The position numbers were made by a program, and so were the translations under genes. The notes beneath the pieces were generated by a model that saw only the letters and a program-made list of their open reading frames with translations, did no database searches and was not told the origin of the DNA. A stretch of DNA of 44,603 nt, taken from positions 1 through 44,603 of IMG/VR virus record IMGVR_UViG_3300037692_000114; one strand, 5' to 3'. Below are positions 35,296 to 43,963 of this stretch, piece after piece. The number at the start of each line of letters is the position of its first letter. Positions within the stretch are counted from its first letter, which is position 1. The stretch comes from a virus. Taxonomy: Duplodnaviria > Caudoviricetes.

Positions 35296-36866
35296 TGGCC
35301 CACCAACTCTTTCACCTGCCCAAATCAACGGCGATCAGCAACAACCTGACGTTGCTGCCTGGAGCGAAAGTCGGCTTCTTCATCACCGCAACATCGACGC
35401 TTACGGATACGTATCAGGACTCTGCGCTCACGACTCCGCACACCAATCCTGTCATCGCAGATGCCGCCGGGCGACTGCCGCCGGTCTACCTAAACCCAGA
35501 CATTCTCTATCGCGTCACGTTCACCGATAGCGAAGACGTAGAGATCTACCCAACTGTAGAGCCTATCAACGATAGATTACTGTCACAGGCGATTATTGGC
35601 GCGTATCTCAACCCGCGCACTGCAGCCGAGATCGCCGCGGGCGTGACGCCAGTGAACTATGCATATTCTGAGGGTCACCTCCGTCGTTACGGAGGCGTAG
35701 GAGATGGCGTCACAAGCGACAACGCAGCAATTCAAGCCGCCTTTGCGGTGGCCCGTGAAAGCCTCGGCGAGATCTTCATTCCGATTGGAAACTGGCTCTA
35801 CACCGCGAACATTCTCATCGATACGCGTATGAATGTCCGGGGCGAGAGCAAATGGGAGTCGGTGCTGCTCAAGAGCGGCAACTTCGTGGGCATCACAATT
35901 GCCGCAAACTGCTCGTTGAGCAATTTCCGTCTTGACCGCACGGGCGCAGGTACGGGAGCCGGCATTGAGTGCACAGGCAATTTCCGTCCCGATATTCGCT
36001 CGGTGTTCGTTCGCAACCAGAGTTCGCACGGGCTATACCTCACCGACTGCGATCTCGGGTATTTCAGCGACATTGTATGTACAGAGAACGGTGGCGATGG
36101 CGTTCGAATCGATGCGACCGTTTCCAACGAGGGAAACGCGAACACTCTCATCAACATCGACGCGCGAGACAACACCGGCTACGGACTCAATGTCGTCAAG
36201 GGTTACTCTAATTTCATCATCGGACTGCAAGCACAGAATAACGTTGCGGGTGGATTGCGACTCGACGATGCGCGCGGGAATTTTGTTACCGCATACCTTG
36301 AAGCCAGCGGAACCGGCGGCGCAGAACCAGAAAAGAATCTGATCCTGACGGCGAATGCCGTTGCCAACCATGTTTTCTTGACGGAGCACGAAGGCGGGAT
36401 GACGGACTCATCCACAGATGACGCCAACACCGTCTATCAGACGAATCGGTCAGGGACTTATAGCTCGCATACCAAAGCGCTCACATCGAAAAAGCTCAAA
36501 ATACCCCAAGAGGGCTACAACGGTACGCAGTACAACGGTGTGCTCGAAGTCACGCACACCGCCAACGATCAATTCACCTGTGAACTGATCGGCGCGTCCG
36601 GGCAAGATGAAACCCTGCTGCTCACTGCGCCAACCGGAGGTGGAGCAAGGGCCAAACTACAGACCGATCTGTTGCAAGCCGCTTCGTTGTTTGCCACTGG
36701 CGCCACCGTCGCCGTGGCATCGGGCCAGCTTGGCATAGGCACGACTACAGCGACGACCGTAGGCGCGGCAGGCGGTGCATCGGCATTGCCGGCAACGCCG
36801 CTTGGCTACCTGCGAATGAATCTGGGTGGCACGTTCATCAAGGTTCCGTACTACGTTGACGCGTAG
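35295..36866 (+). CDS. tailspike / receptor-binding protein 2 with beta-helix depolymerase
   Basis: Paralogous N-terminal anchor; YGGVGDGVTSD.AAIQAA pectate-lyase-3-type start; N/G-rich beta-helix; AGGASALPATP.GYL C-terminus. Confidence 0.85.
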   Translation: MAHQLFHLPKSTAISNNLTLLPGAKVGFFITATSTLTDTYQDSALTTPHTNPVIADAAGRLPPVYLNPDILYRVTFTDSEDVEIYPTVEPINDRLLSQAIIGAYLNPRTAAEIAAGVTPVNYAYSEGHLRRYGGVGDGVTSDNAAIQAAFAVARESLGEIFIPIGNWLYTANILIDTRMNVRGESKWESVLLKSGNFVGITIAANCSLSNFRLDRTGAGTGAGIECTGNFRPDIRSVFVRNQSSHGLYLTDCDLGYFSDIVCTENGGDGVRIDATVSNEGNANTLINIDARDNTGYGLNVVKGYSNFIIGLQAQNNVAGGLRLDDARGNFVTAYLEASGTGGAEPEKNLILTANAVANHVFLTEHEGGMTDSSTDDANTVYQTNRSGTYSSHTKALTSKKLKIPQEGYNGTQYNGVLEVTHTANDQFTCELIGASGQDETLLLTAPTGGGARAKLQTDLLQAASLFATGATVAVASGQLGIGTTTATTVGAAGGASALPATPLGYLRMNLGGTFIKVPYYVDA

Positions 36867-37603
36867 GGTTCAGCCACGATGAATACCGAAGTGCTCATGC
36901 CTGCCGCCACGAATGGAAACGGGAATCTACTGATCTCCCGTATTCGCATGTTGTGTCTGATCGTCTGCGCCAACCAGCGCCAGTCGAATCCGAGGTGTCC
37001 GCCGTTGTGGCGGCGCAGTCTGTCCATGTTGTACAGACCTGCCCAGAATGTTTCTGCCCATGTGTACTCCAGGTGCCTGGAGTACCCGGTGAGCCAGGAG
37101 CCGACATTCTTGATCCAGATGGCGGGCCCGATCTCGACCGGGACCGAGCACACGAATAGCCGCGGTCTCATCTCAGCTACCATCTCAACGATTCTCACCA
37201 CATCGCTTTCTTTGATGTGCTCCATGGTCTCCAGAGCGATGACGACATCAGCGCTTGACAACGTGGGCAGTATGCGTGTCGCAGAGCCTTCGATAGCGCG
37301 GAAGTTCGCGCTATCGCCGAAGCGGGAAACAGATATCTGCGCGAGTGTCTGATCGATCTCGATGCCGGTGTAGTTGATTCGGTAGCGCGAATTCAGCAGT
37401 CCGAATAGCTTCCCGTGCGCGCTGCCAAGTTCAATGACATTGATGGGTCTATCGATTGCCAGCGAATCGAATATATCTAGAATGCGCCTGTAGCGGAACG
37501 AGTGCAGCCAGGAATTGATCGGGTTTCTGTTCTGGTTTATTTCGTACTGCAATGCATCTGCCGGTGTCATGTTGTAGCCGGCCTTCAGGTCTGCATCATC
37601 CAT
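36851..37603 (-). CDS. class I SAM-dependent methyltransferase (moron)
   Basis: VIELGSAHG, YTGIE, DVVIALETMEH, SVP; AGGGAG before ATG at 37603; opposite strand to its neighbours. Confidence 0.85.
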   Translation of the reverse strand: MDDADLKAGYNMTPADALQYEINQNRNPINSWLHSFRYRRILDIFDSLAIDRPINVIELGSAHGKLFGLLNSRYRINYTGIEIDQTLAQISVSRFGDSANFRAIEGSATRILPTLSSADVVIALETMEHIKESDVVRIVEMVAEMRPRLFVCSVPVEIGPAIWIKNVGSWLTGYSRHLEYTWAETFWAGLYNMDRLRRHNGGHLGFDWRWLAQTIRHNMRIREISRFPFPFVAAGMSTSVFIVAEPYAST

Positions 37604-37655
37604 ATTGAACTCCCTATTGTTAGATGGACGCCCCGCCGCCAGATGACCTCGATCC

Positions 37656-37925
37656 ATGAAGCAGGCGAACTCCGACGATAACAGAGATGAGAACGGTTTC
37701 CCAAGGGGTATACACGTGAGCCAGCACTACGGTCGCGAGGAAGGCTCTAATTCGAAACTTATCTTCTGGTTTCTAGGTGGATTAATGGCCATCAACGTCG
37801 CCCTGATGGGGACATTTATGACTTGGGTGGGTAGCGCAATTGTGGCTCTGCAGACGGACGTAGCTGTTATAAAATGCCAGCTGTCGCCAGATTGCCAAAA
37901 GGTAGCAACCAATGCAAAGCCCTGA
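37656..37925 (+). CDS. single-TM membrane protein (lysis region)
   Basis: LIFWFLGGLMAINVALMGTFMTWVG followed by a short coiled coil. Confidence 0.55.
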   Translation: MKQANSDDNRDENGFPRGIHVSQHYGREEGSNSKLIFWFLGGLMAINVALMGTFMTWVGSAIVALQTDVAVIKCQLSPDCQKVATNAKP

Positions 37926-38271
37926 AAAAAAGCTTGCGCCTGACACCGTCAACAATGCGCCAAACACAACCATAGGCGACAACAGCCCGCAGGCTCACGC
38001 GAGCGTCCAGGACCGTGCCGGGCTGTATATCGCCATCGTCGCTCTGTTCACGTCAGTACTCGCTCTAGGCATGGTCATCATGATTCCTAGAATCATCGAA
38101 GCTGAAGTGGATCGAGGAATTGCGGAGGCTAAATCTAGCATGCAGCAGCAGGTCGCGGATGCGAAGGCTACGGCCGATGCCGGCGCTACTGACGGTCGTC
38201 TTGCGCTCGACAGAGTAGAGAAGGCGGTCGCCAAGCTTGAGGCGAAGGGTTTGATCAAAGAAAGTCATTAG
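37912..38271 (+). CDS. single-TM plus coiled-coil protein (i-spanin-like topology)
   Basis: LYIAIVALFTSVLALGMVIMI followed by an Ala-rich helix. Confidence 0.5.
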   Translation: MQSPEKKLAPDTVNNAPNTTIGDNSPQAHASVQDRAGLYIAIVALFTSVLALGMVIMIPRIIEAEVDRGIAEAKSSMQQQVADAKATADAGATDGRLALDRVEKAVAKLEAKGLIKESH

Positions 38272-38280
38272 GAGATCTAC

Positions 38281-38445
38281 GTGAGTCACGCCGTGATTAT
38301 CATTCGACGCAACGCCGCTCCGGAAGCAGAGGCCACGGAGCCCAGCTACGAGTACAGCATTCCGATTCCGCATGAAGCCACGCCGCAGCAAGTCGGCGAG
38401 CTAGTTCGCAAGGCGTACAAGAAGCTTGAGGCCAGCGACGACTGA
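38281..38445 (+). CDS. hypothetical protein (54 aa)
   Basis: AGGAG then GTG; MSHAVIIIRRNAAPEAE...; TGATG chain into 38445-38618 and 38618-38758. Confidence 0.5.
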   Translation: MSHAVIIIRRNAAPEAEATEPSYEYSIPIPHEATPQQVGELVRKAYKKLEASDD

Positions 38446-38754
38446 TGCGGGTCCACCTCATGTACCGCGCGGCAATTAAACACATCGCCGCCATGGAAGG
38501 CATCTCGCCAGAAAACAGGGACGTTCTCGCGCACATTGCAGCGCGCAGCATCGCCGGGTGCTCTCGGTGGGATGCGCTGCGGGTGGGGTGGATTGTGTAT
38601 CGGATGCTGGTGAGCTGATGCGCGCAGAACTCGCTGCGTTGTGGGCCCTGGCCATCTCGGTGTTCAACTCACTCGTCGGCTTCGGCGTGTTCCTGATTCA
38701 TTGCCGCGGGGATAAGCGGCGGGATCGGGAGAATGTGAAGAGGAGGCGCGAGGA

Positions 38755-39108
38755 ATGATGGAAACCCTACGACAGAAGCAATCGAGATTCGCCCTCGGCG
38801 TCGCCCTGCTCATCCAGCACGCCGATAGCCTCGGCTACGAAGTCACGCTGGGCGAGGCGTGGCGAACGCCAGAGCAGGCCAAGTGGAACGCGGCGCAGGG
38901 TATCGGCACGGTGTCGAGCCTGCATGTCGAGCGCATGGCTATCGACATCAACCTGTTCAAAGATGGGCGCTACATTACGGATGGCGAGGGCCACGCCGAG
39001 CTGGGCCGTTGGTGGAAATCGCTGGGCCCGGACTACAGGCATGGCGGAGACTTTGCGAAGCGCGATTGGAACCACTACAGCTTGTCGTCCGATGGTAAGC
39101 GGGCATGA
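38755..39108 (+). CDS. endolysin, M15 family peptidase
   Basis: GEAWRT.EQ, SLH..RMAID, GGDF...D.NHYS zinc ligands. Confidence 0.88.
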   Translation: MMETLRQKQSRFALGVALLIQHADSLGYEVTLGEAWRTPEQAKWNAAQGIGTVSSLHVERMAIDINLFKDGRYITDGEGHAELGRWWKSLGPDYRHGGDFAKRDWNHYSLSSDGKRA

Positions 39109-39359
39109 ACGACGACCGAACCGCTCGCGCCCAAGTCGGTCTCGCTTTTCTCTATGGCATAGGCTTCCTAGGCGTGCTGGCCGCGCTAATCCTCGCGCCA
39201 CCGAACGTCAACGAGTTCGTCAAATCCATGTTGCTAACAATGCTCGGCTACCTCGGAGCATTAGTGCAGCAGCAGTCGTCATACTTCTTTGCTAGGCAGA
39301 GACCGGATAGCACGCCGCCAACGATTCCTCCCGCCGAACCACCGAAGGAAACGCCATGA
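39105..39359 (+). CDS. holin-like two-TM protein
   Basis: Two TM segments then SYFF; adjacent to the endolysin. Confidence 0.65.
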   Translation: MNDDRTARAQVGLAFLYGIGFLGVLAALILAPPNVNEFVKSMLLTMLGYLGALVQQQSSYFFARQRPDSTPPTIPPAEPPKETP

Positions 39360-39751
39360 AAGTGAAAGTCTTGATCATCCCTATGCTGGCGCTGCTCGCC
39401 GCCTGCGCCACAAACGCCACGAAGCCTCAGGACGTGATCTCGCTCGCCTGCTCACCCTCGGATGCCTACCTGATCGAACGCTGCGCTGAGGCCGTAGGGG
39501 ACGTATACGGCGTATTCCAGACTCGTGCCCTTGAGATCGTTTCCGATCCGGTGACGCCGGCAGACGTAAAGCTGGCCATCCAGAAACTGGACCGCGAATT
39601 GACGCCGGCCGTCCGTACGCTGGCGCAGACCTCGCTCGCCTATGTCCAGTTGCGAGCCGCTAGCGCACCGGAAGCGGCGGCCAAACGCGCCGAGCTTGCG
39701 CTGCAGCTCGCCGAGGTGCAGCCGAAAGTCCAGACACTCCCGAAACGGTGA
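39356..39751 (+). CDS. lipoprotein (lysis cassette, possible spanin component)
   Basis: Lipobox LLAA-C after a basic/hydrophobic signal. Confidence 0.7.
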   Translation: MKVKVLIIPMLALLAACATNATKPQDVISLACSPSDAYLIERCAEAVGDVYGVFQTRALEIVSDPVTPADVKLAIQKLDRELTPAVRTLAQTSLAYVQLRAASAPEAAAKRAELALQLAEVQPKVQTLPKR

Positions 39752-40374
39752 GAACTAGCGGAGAAGACATGCTTGCGCCAGGGATGAGGTTTGGTCGTTG
39801 GCTCGTTATCTCTAAGCCAGTGAGGCGCGTTCGATTCTGGTTTGCAGATGTCAGATGCGATTGCGGCACCATGCGTTCTGTTGAACTGCAGAGCCTAAAA
39901 CGAGGCATGAGCAAATCTTGCGGATGCCTGCGCGCGGAATTGACGGCGAATGCAAAAACCATTCATGGCGCGTGCAAGAACGGCCAGTCTACGGCCGAAT
40001 TCACAGTTTGGATGTCTATGCGCCGGCGTTGCCATGACTTACGCGATCTCGCCTATAAGGACTATGGCGGGCGCGGTATCAAGGTGTGCGAGCGATGGCA
40101 ATCATTCGAAAATTTCTTCGCCGACATGGGAAGGCGACCAGAAGGGTTACAGATTGATCGTATTGACAACAACGGCCACTACGAGCCGGGCAATTGTCGA
40201 TGGACGACGTGCGCTGTCCAAGCTAGAAACAGGCGCAATAATCGACTCGTTATATTCAACGGCGTCACAATGACCTTGAAAGACGCGGCCATGGCGTCCG
40301 GCGTCAAGTACACCACTGCTTACATGCGAATCACGGCCCGCGGATGGTCTGTTGAAAGAGCGCTGCTCGGATAA
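39748..40374 (+). CDS. free-standing HNH homing endonuclease
   Basis: FGRWLV, CDCG, SKSCGC, W.SMRRRC, YGGRGIKVCERW, IDRIDNNG.YEPGNCRW. Confidence 0.9.
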   Translation: MRTSGEDMLAPGMRFGRWLVISKPVRRVRFWFADVRCDCGTMRSVELQSLKRGMSKSCGCLRAELTANAKTIHGACKNGQSTAEFTVWMSMRRRCHDLRDLAYKDYGGRGIKVCERWQSFENFFADMGRRPEGLQIDRIDNNGHYEPGNCRWTTCAVQARNRRNNRLVIFNGVTMTLKDAAMASGVKYTTAYMRITARGWSVERALLG

Positions 40375-40393
40375 CAATCACTGGAGACATCAA

Positions 40394-40657
40394 ATGTCAT
40401 TGCTTACTTGGCTCACCTTTGTTCAATCCCTCGCCACCGCCTACGCAACCTCGCAAGGCGTCGACATCCGCGCCCTCGGCTACTTGCGCGTGGCTACCGG
40501 TCTTGTTACCGGCCAGCAGCCCACCGACGCCGAACTGCAGGCGCTCATGGACGAGTACACGGCCAAGGTCGCCGGGCAGACGCCGACGACAGCAGAGGAA
40601 CTTCAGGAACTTGACGCGCGGCTGGCGGCCAGGAGTGCGGCGATTCAGTCGGTTTGA
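40394..40657 (+). CDS. hypothetical helical protein, last late gene
   Basis: GGAG ribosome-binding site; MSLLTWLTFVQSLA... Confidence 0.6.
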   Translation: MSLLTWLTFVQSLATAYATSQGVDIRALGYLRVATGLVTGQQPTDAELQALMDEYTAKVAGQTPTTAEELQELDARLAARSAAIQSV

Positions 40658-40989
40658 GCTGCCTTTGTCGTACCGTCGTCGGCACCAATGTCGCCGTGGC
40701 AGCCGGCATTCACATCCGCTTTAGCTTGGGCTGCCAGCGAACCAACCGAACCGGTGACATTGCCGCCGACATCACCGCCGACATTACCAGTCACTGACGC
40801 GCTGGTATTTGTGCGGGTATTCCAAGCTAAAATCGCTTCGTCTATCGTGCCTTTTGGCGGGCCCTCCGTGCCGCAGCCAGCACACCAGACATAGGCGGTC
40901 GGTCCAATGTCATCTTGGCCGTCCATGGTCTTTCCTGACTCGCCGCAGAAGGGGCACGGCAGGAGATAACTGCCTGGCTTGAATTTCAT
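40645..40989 (-). CDS. Lar-family restriction alleviation protein with fibre-like C-terminal extension
   Basis: LLPCPFCG...V.C..CG..GP...EAI.AWNTR. Confidence 0.78.
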   Translation of the reverse strand: MKFKPGSYLLPCPFCGESGKTMDGQDDIGPTAYVWCAGCGTEGPPKGTIDEAILAWNTRTNTSASVTGNVGGDVGGNVTGSVGSLAAQAKADVNAGCHGDIGADDGTTKAAQTD

Positions 40990-41183
40990 GAATGCTCGGA
41001 GTGTGCGTTGGGAATAGCTCGCTGTAGCCATGCCAGAAGCTCGCGAGCTGCTGTCAGGTCCAGATAGATATGCGGCGGGCCGGCATCAACTTTTTCACGG
41101 ATGCCAATCAAGCCGCAGCTTGACACAAAGGCGTATAGCCCATCGCCATTCAATGGCTCAACCTTGATGAACTGTTCACTCAT
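40986..41183 (-). CDS. hypothetical protein
   Basis: MSEQFIKV...IYLDLTAARELLAWL; coupled overlaps. Confidence 0.5.
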   Translation of the reverse strand: MSEQFIKVEPLNGDGLYAFVSSCGLIGIREKVDAGPPHIYLDLTAARELLAWLQRAIPNAHSEHS

Positions 41184-41347
41184 GTGTCGTGATCCGTCAT
41201 CTTTGCCATGATCTTGAACCATGCTTCCTGTCTACGCGCCTCGTCCACGTATTCTGACCATCGCGGCCCAATGTGGTTGTCATGTTCATCAGCGTCGATA
41301 CCCATCATCTCGCAATACGCGCGAGCCATTGCCTCATGCTTATTCAT
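41180..41347 (-). CDS. hypothetical protein
   Basis: GAGGT ribosome-binding site; MNKHEAMARAYC... Confidence 0.55.
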   Translation of the reverse strand: MNKHEAMARAYCEMMGIDADEHDNHIGPRWSEYVDEARRQEAWFKIMAKMTDHDT

Positions 41348-41624
41348 GTCGTACCTCTGTGTTGGAAACGGCTCTACGATTCCAAGCAGCCGCCGCTGTA
41401 GTTCTGTCCTGATAGTGCTTCGGCGTCCGTACCGCGCATGACGAGTTTGTGCATTCAACTGCAATCGGGTGTGTGTCGCCGCGCTGTTCTCCCTCGCGAT
41501 ACGCAGCCTCGTGTCCACAGAACGGACATCGATCAAGCGTGGCCTGGTCGGTATCAAGGTTTGTCGGATGACGCCCCTGAAAGCCCATGCATTCGATGCC
41601 AGCCACGGTATCTGCCTTGCTCAC
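41340..41624 (-). CDS. second Lar-family protein
   Basis: L..CPFCG.EA...VEC....C......AAAAWNRR. Confidence 0.78.
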   Translation of the reverse strand: MSKADTVAGIECMGFQGRHPTNLDTDQATLDRCPFCGHEAAYREGEQRGDTHPIAVECTNSSCAVRTPKHYQDRTTAAAAWNRRAVSNTEVRHE

Positions 41625-41626
41625 GA

Positions 41627-41791
41627 CTATCTACACCCCTGAGCCTTTGTGTTGAGCGCTGAGCAAATCGTTCTCTTGCAGAACTTGCAGCGAAACGATT
41701 CGCGCGTGAGCCTACTCAGGAGCCACATGACAGGCGTCCGGTAGATCATTCGCCAAGTGCTGCAGTTGGTACATCGCATATAGCTGCTCAC
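41627..41791 (-). CDS. small Zn-ribbon protein
   Basis: CTNC...CKFC; AGGAG and GTGA overlap. Confidence 0.45.
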   Translation of the reverse strand: MSSYMRCTNCSTWRMIYRTPVMWLLSRLTRESFRCKFCKRTICSALNTKAQGCR

Positions 41792-42036
41792 TCCTGATGG
41801 GTGTGACATTCTAACCGGCCGGCATATCGCTCGCGGCGCCGCTCCTTCCGGGCATCCTCGCGCATCCACATGCATAACCTGCATGAGCTAGAAGGATGGC
41901 TCTCGTTTGGCCTGTGCTTTCTCATCGTGCCCATTCCAGCCCCGCAGTGACACTTGCCGAAGTCACGCCCATGCTTGATCCATTCCTGCCGCCACCGCTT
42001 CACCATGATGTGGCGGTCCATCTGAAATCGTTTCAT
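41788..42036 (-). CDS. basic Cys/His-containing hypothetical protein
   Basis: GGAG ribosome-binding site; CHC...RK....H....C.LC. Confidence 0.55.
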   Translation of the reverse strand: MKRFQMDRHIMVKRWRQEWIKHGRDFGKCHCGAGMGTMRKHRPNESHPSSSCRLCMWMREDARKERRRERYAGRLECHTHQE

Positions 42037-42409
42037 CGCTGCTCCACTTGCTGCGGGCGGGAATGCCCGGAGTAGTGGTGAGTCGGTGATGTTCATTCAT
42101 TGCGACCCTCGCAGGGTCAAGCTCTCTGCGGTTGTGCGCCGGGTCTTGTGTGAACGCCGGAATGACGCGAACTTCTGGATGGATCGGCGGTCGTTCAATT
42201 ATCACCGTGCACCTCTCCGGGTTGATGCGTGCGTCGCGTGACGCGCTTGATTAGCCAGGCTTCCAGGCGATCTAACCCACTGCGGCCAAGCCAACCAGCT
42301 AGGCACCCGCATGAGAAGCCGAACCACAGAAACGGCGCGATGTCTTCGTAGGTCATGGTTCAGGTCCGTTCAGATCAGCGGTCGATACAGTTAGTTTCTG
42401 TATATCCAT

Positions 42410-42867
42410 CATTGGCCGCCTCCTGGTTCACTTGCGTTAAGAGGAGCGGAGTCTATGGGCAAGAATCTTTTCATCGTCCCTACAAGCCTGATCTCTGGCA
42501 ACGCGCATCAAGGATTCGGCGGTTTGTCTATCGCAATCGGCCAAGGCCATGAGGTTTTGGATGCCTAAGTTGCGGTACAGCACTCTGCCGCCCTGGCGAT
42601 CCAAAAGCCTGAAACTGTCTTTGTAGTCAACGAACATTACTCCGCTCCTGGTTCACTGGCATTCAGATGTGATGATATTGCTCATAGGAGCGATGTCGGG
42701 GCGGGCTTCGACGAATACGTACCCGACAAAGGTATAAGCAGGCTTCGTTATCTTGCCCACGTGTGTTTGCAGCCAGTAGGTAAATACGACCCTCGATGTC
42801 TCTTGTGTTTTCATGGATCATCCAAGCAGATGGCGAAGATCATTACTCAGCTCCTGGTTTACTTGCG
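42410..42867 (-). repeat. three copies of a ~26-bp gene-boundary motif
   Basis: At about 42410, 42635 and 42841; minus-strand consensus GC(A/C)AGT(G/A)AACCAGGAG...ATG. Confidence 0.75.
42437..42637 (-). CDS. hypothetical protein
   Basis: AGGAG within the boundary motif. Confidence 0.55.
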   Translation of the reverse strand: MFVDYKDSFRLLDRQGGRVLYRNLGIQNLMALADCDRQTAESLMRVARDQACRDDEKILAHRLRSS

Positions 42868-43163
42868 AGCAGATAGTCCGCTCTGCCAAGGAATTTGTAC
42901 TTCTGCGAGACGTTGCTGATATAGCTTTCGCCGCGCTGTTCGAACTTGCCGACCTCCATGTCGAACAGCATCAGGGCGGGTTCCCCGTCTACGACCAGCG
43001 TTTCCCACGGCTCGCCCAAGATGCGCTCAAACCTGCAGCGCTTCCTGATGTCCATTAGCCGCCAATCGCGCCCCAAGATCGCCTCAACGGCGCTCTGAAT
43101 CAGACTTTCCTTTTGTTCGGCTATCTTTTGCATGGCCGGATCAATGTACTCAAGCATGCTCAT
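42843..43163 (-). CDS. hypothetical protein
   Basis: MSMLEYIDP...; follows the nucleotidyltransferase gene. Confidence 0.55.
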   Translation of the reverse strand: MSMLEYIDPAMQKIAEQKESLIQSAVEAILGRDWRLMDIRKRCRFERILGEPWETLVVDGEPALMLFDMEVGKFEQRGESYISNVSQKYKFLGRADYLLASKPGAE

Positions 43164-43171
43164 CCCCTGGT

Positions 43172-43963
43172 TCAGGACTGCTGCATCCCCGACTGCCACA
43201 TGGCCAAGTAGGTATCGACGACGAATTTGTCGATCGCGCGTTCGTCAGGCTGATCCGGCAGTAATCCGCTGTCCAACGAGTCCCGCAACTCGCGCTCCAG
43301 TTCACCGGCCCTGGTCAGGACTTCCTGAAAGTTCAGTTTGCCGGTACGGATTGCGACCACCTCTTCCCGTTCGGCCTTCCGCATTGGCAGCGACATGGTC
43401 CCTGTCGTCATCAACTCGATCCCCTGGTGCGCTAGGCGTACCACATGGCCGGCGTACTTCGTATCGAATCCGTACTGCTCGACCAGTTCGGGTCGGTGAA
43501 TCCGCATCTGCCCGCGTTCGCCCATCAATCGCTGTTTCTGCGCGACCAAATACCCGAGGAAGGATTTGCCGACCTGCTTGGATAGAAACATCGATTTCGC
43601 CTGTCTCAGTGCGTGGCCAAATCCATGCGTCTTGTCGATTAGCGCGTCAGGCTTAACGTATAGCGGCAGGAGGATTGTCGGGTTGCCCTTGGCCGCTAGT
43701 CGAGAGAACTTGCGCAGCGTATGCACGGTGAGATCCAGATCTCCCGGCCCAGAACGAACTCCATCCGGCTGCGTCCTGTACACCATCGTTTCGAAGTGAT
43801 GAAGTCCCACCACCTTTTCGGGCGGCTCGATGCAGATCGCCATCTCATCCCGGTCATCGGTGCCGGCTACCGCGGTACCGTGCACCGTAGAGCCCACAGT
43901 CGCTTGCAGGATGATGACTGAGCCCTTCGGCAGCCCCTTCCATTGCTCGGCTGGATTAACCAC
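43172..43963 (-). CDS. Pol-beta superfamily nucleotidyltransferase (YcgL/RlaP-like)
   Basis: VGSTVHGT....DD.D, D.T...L.KF..L..KGNP..L, GY...Q, GFDTKYA.HVVRL, IR.G, LP..PD. Confidence 0.88.
   Translation of the reverse strand: MVNPAEQWKGLPKGSVIILQATVGSTVHGTAVAGTDDRDEMAICIEPPEKVVGLHHFETMVYRTQPDGVRSGPGDLDLTVHTLRKFSRLAAKGNPTILLPLYVKPDALIDKTHGFGHALRQAKSMFLSKQVGKSFLGYLVAQKQRLMGERGQMRIHRPELVEQYGFDTKYAGHVVRLAHQGIELMTTGTMSLPMRKAEREEVVAIRTGKLNFQEVLTRAGELERELRDSLDSGLLPDQPDERAIDKFVVDTYLAMWQSGMQQS

Noticed and set aside
12975-40797. Diversity-generating retroelement (fibre repeat and its remote copy as VR/TR)
   Set aside because: No reverse transcriptase in the window, and the differences are synonymous changes at all bases rather than adenine-specific.
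42410-42867. CRISPR or mini-array
   Set aside because: Spacing is about 200 bp, the intervals are ORFs, the repeats contain RBS and ATG, and there are no cas genes.
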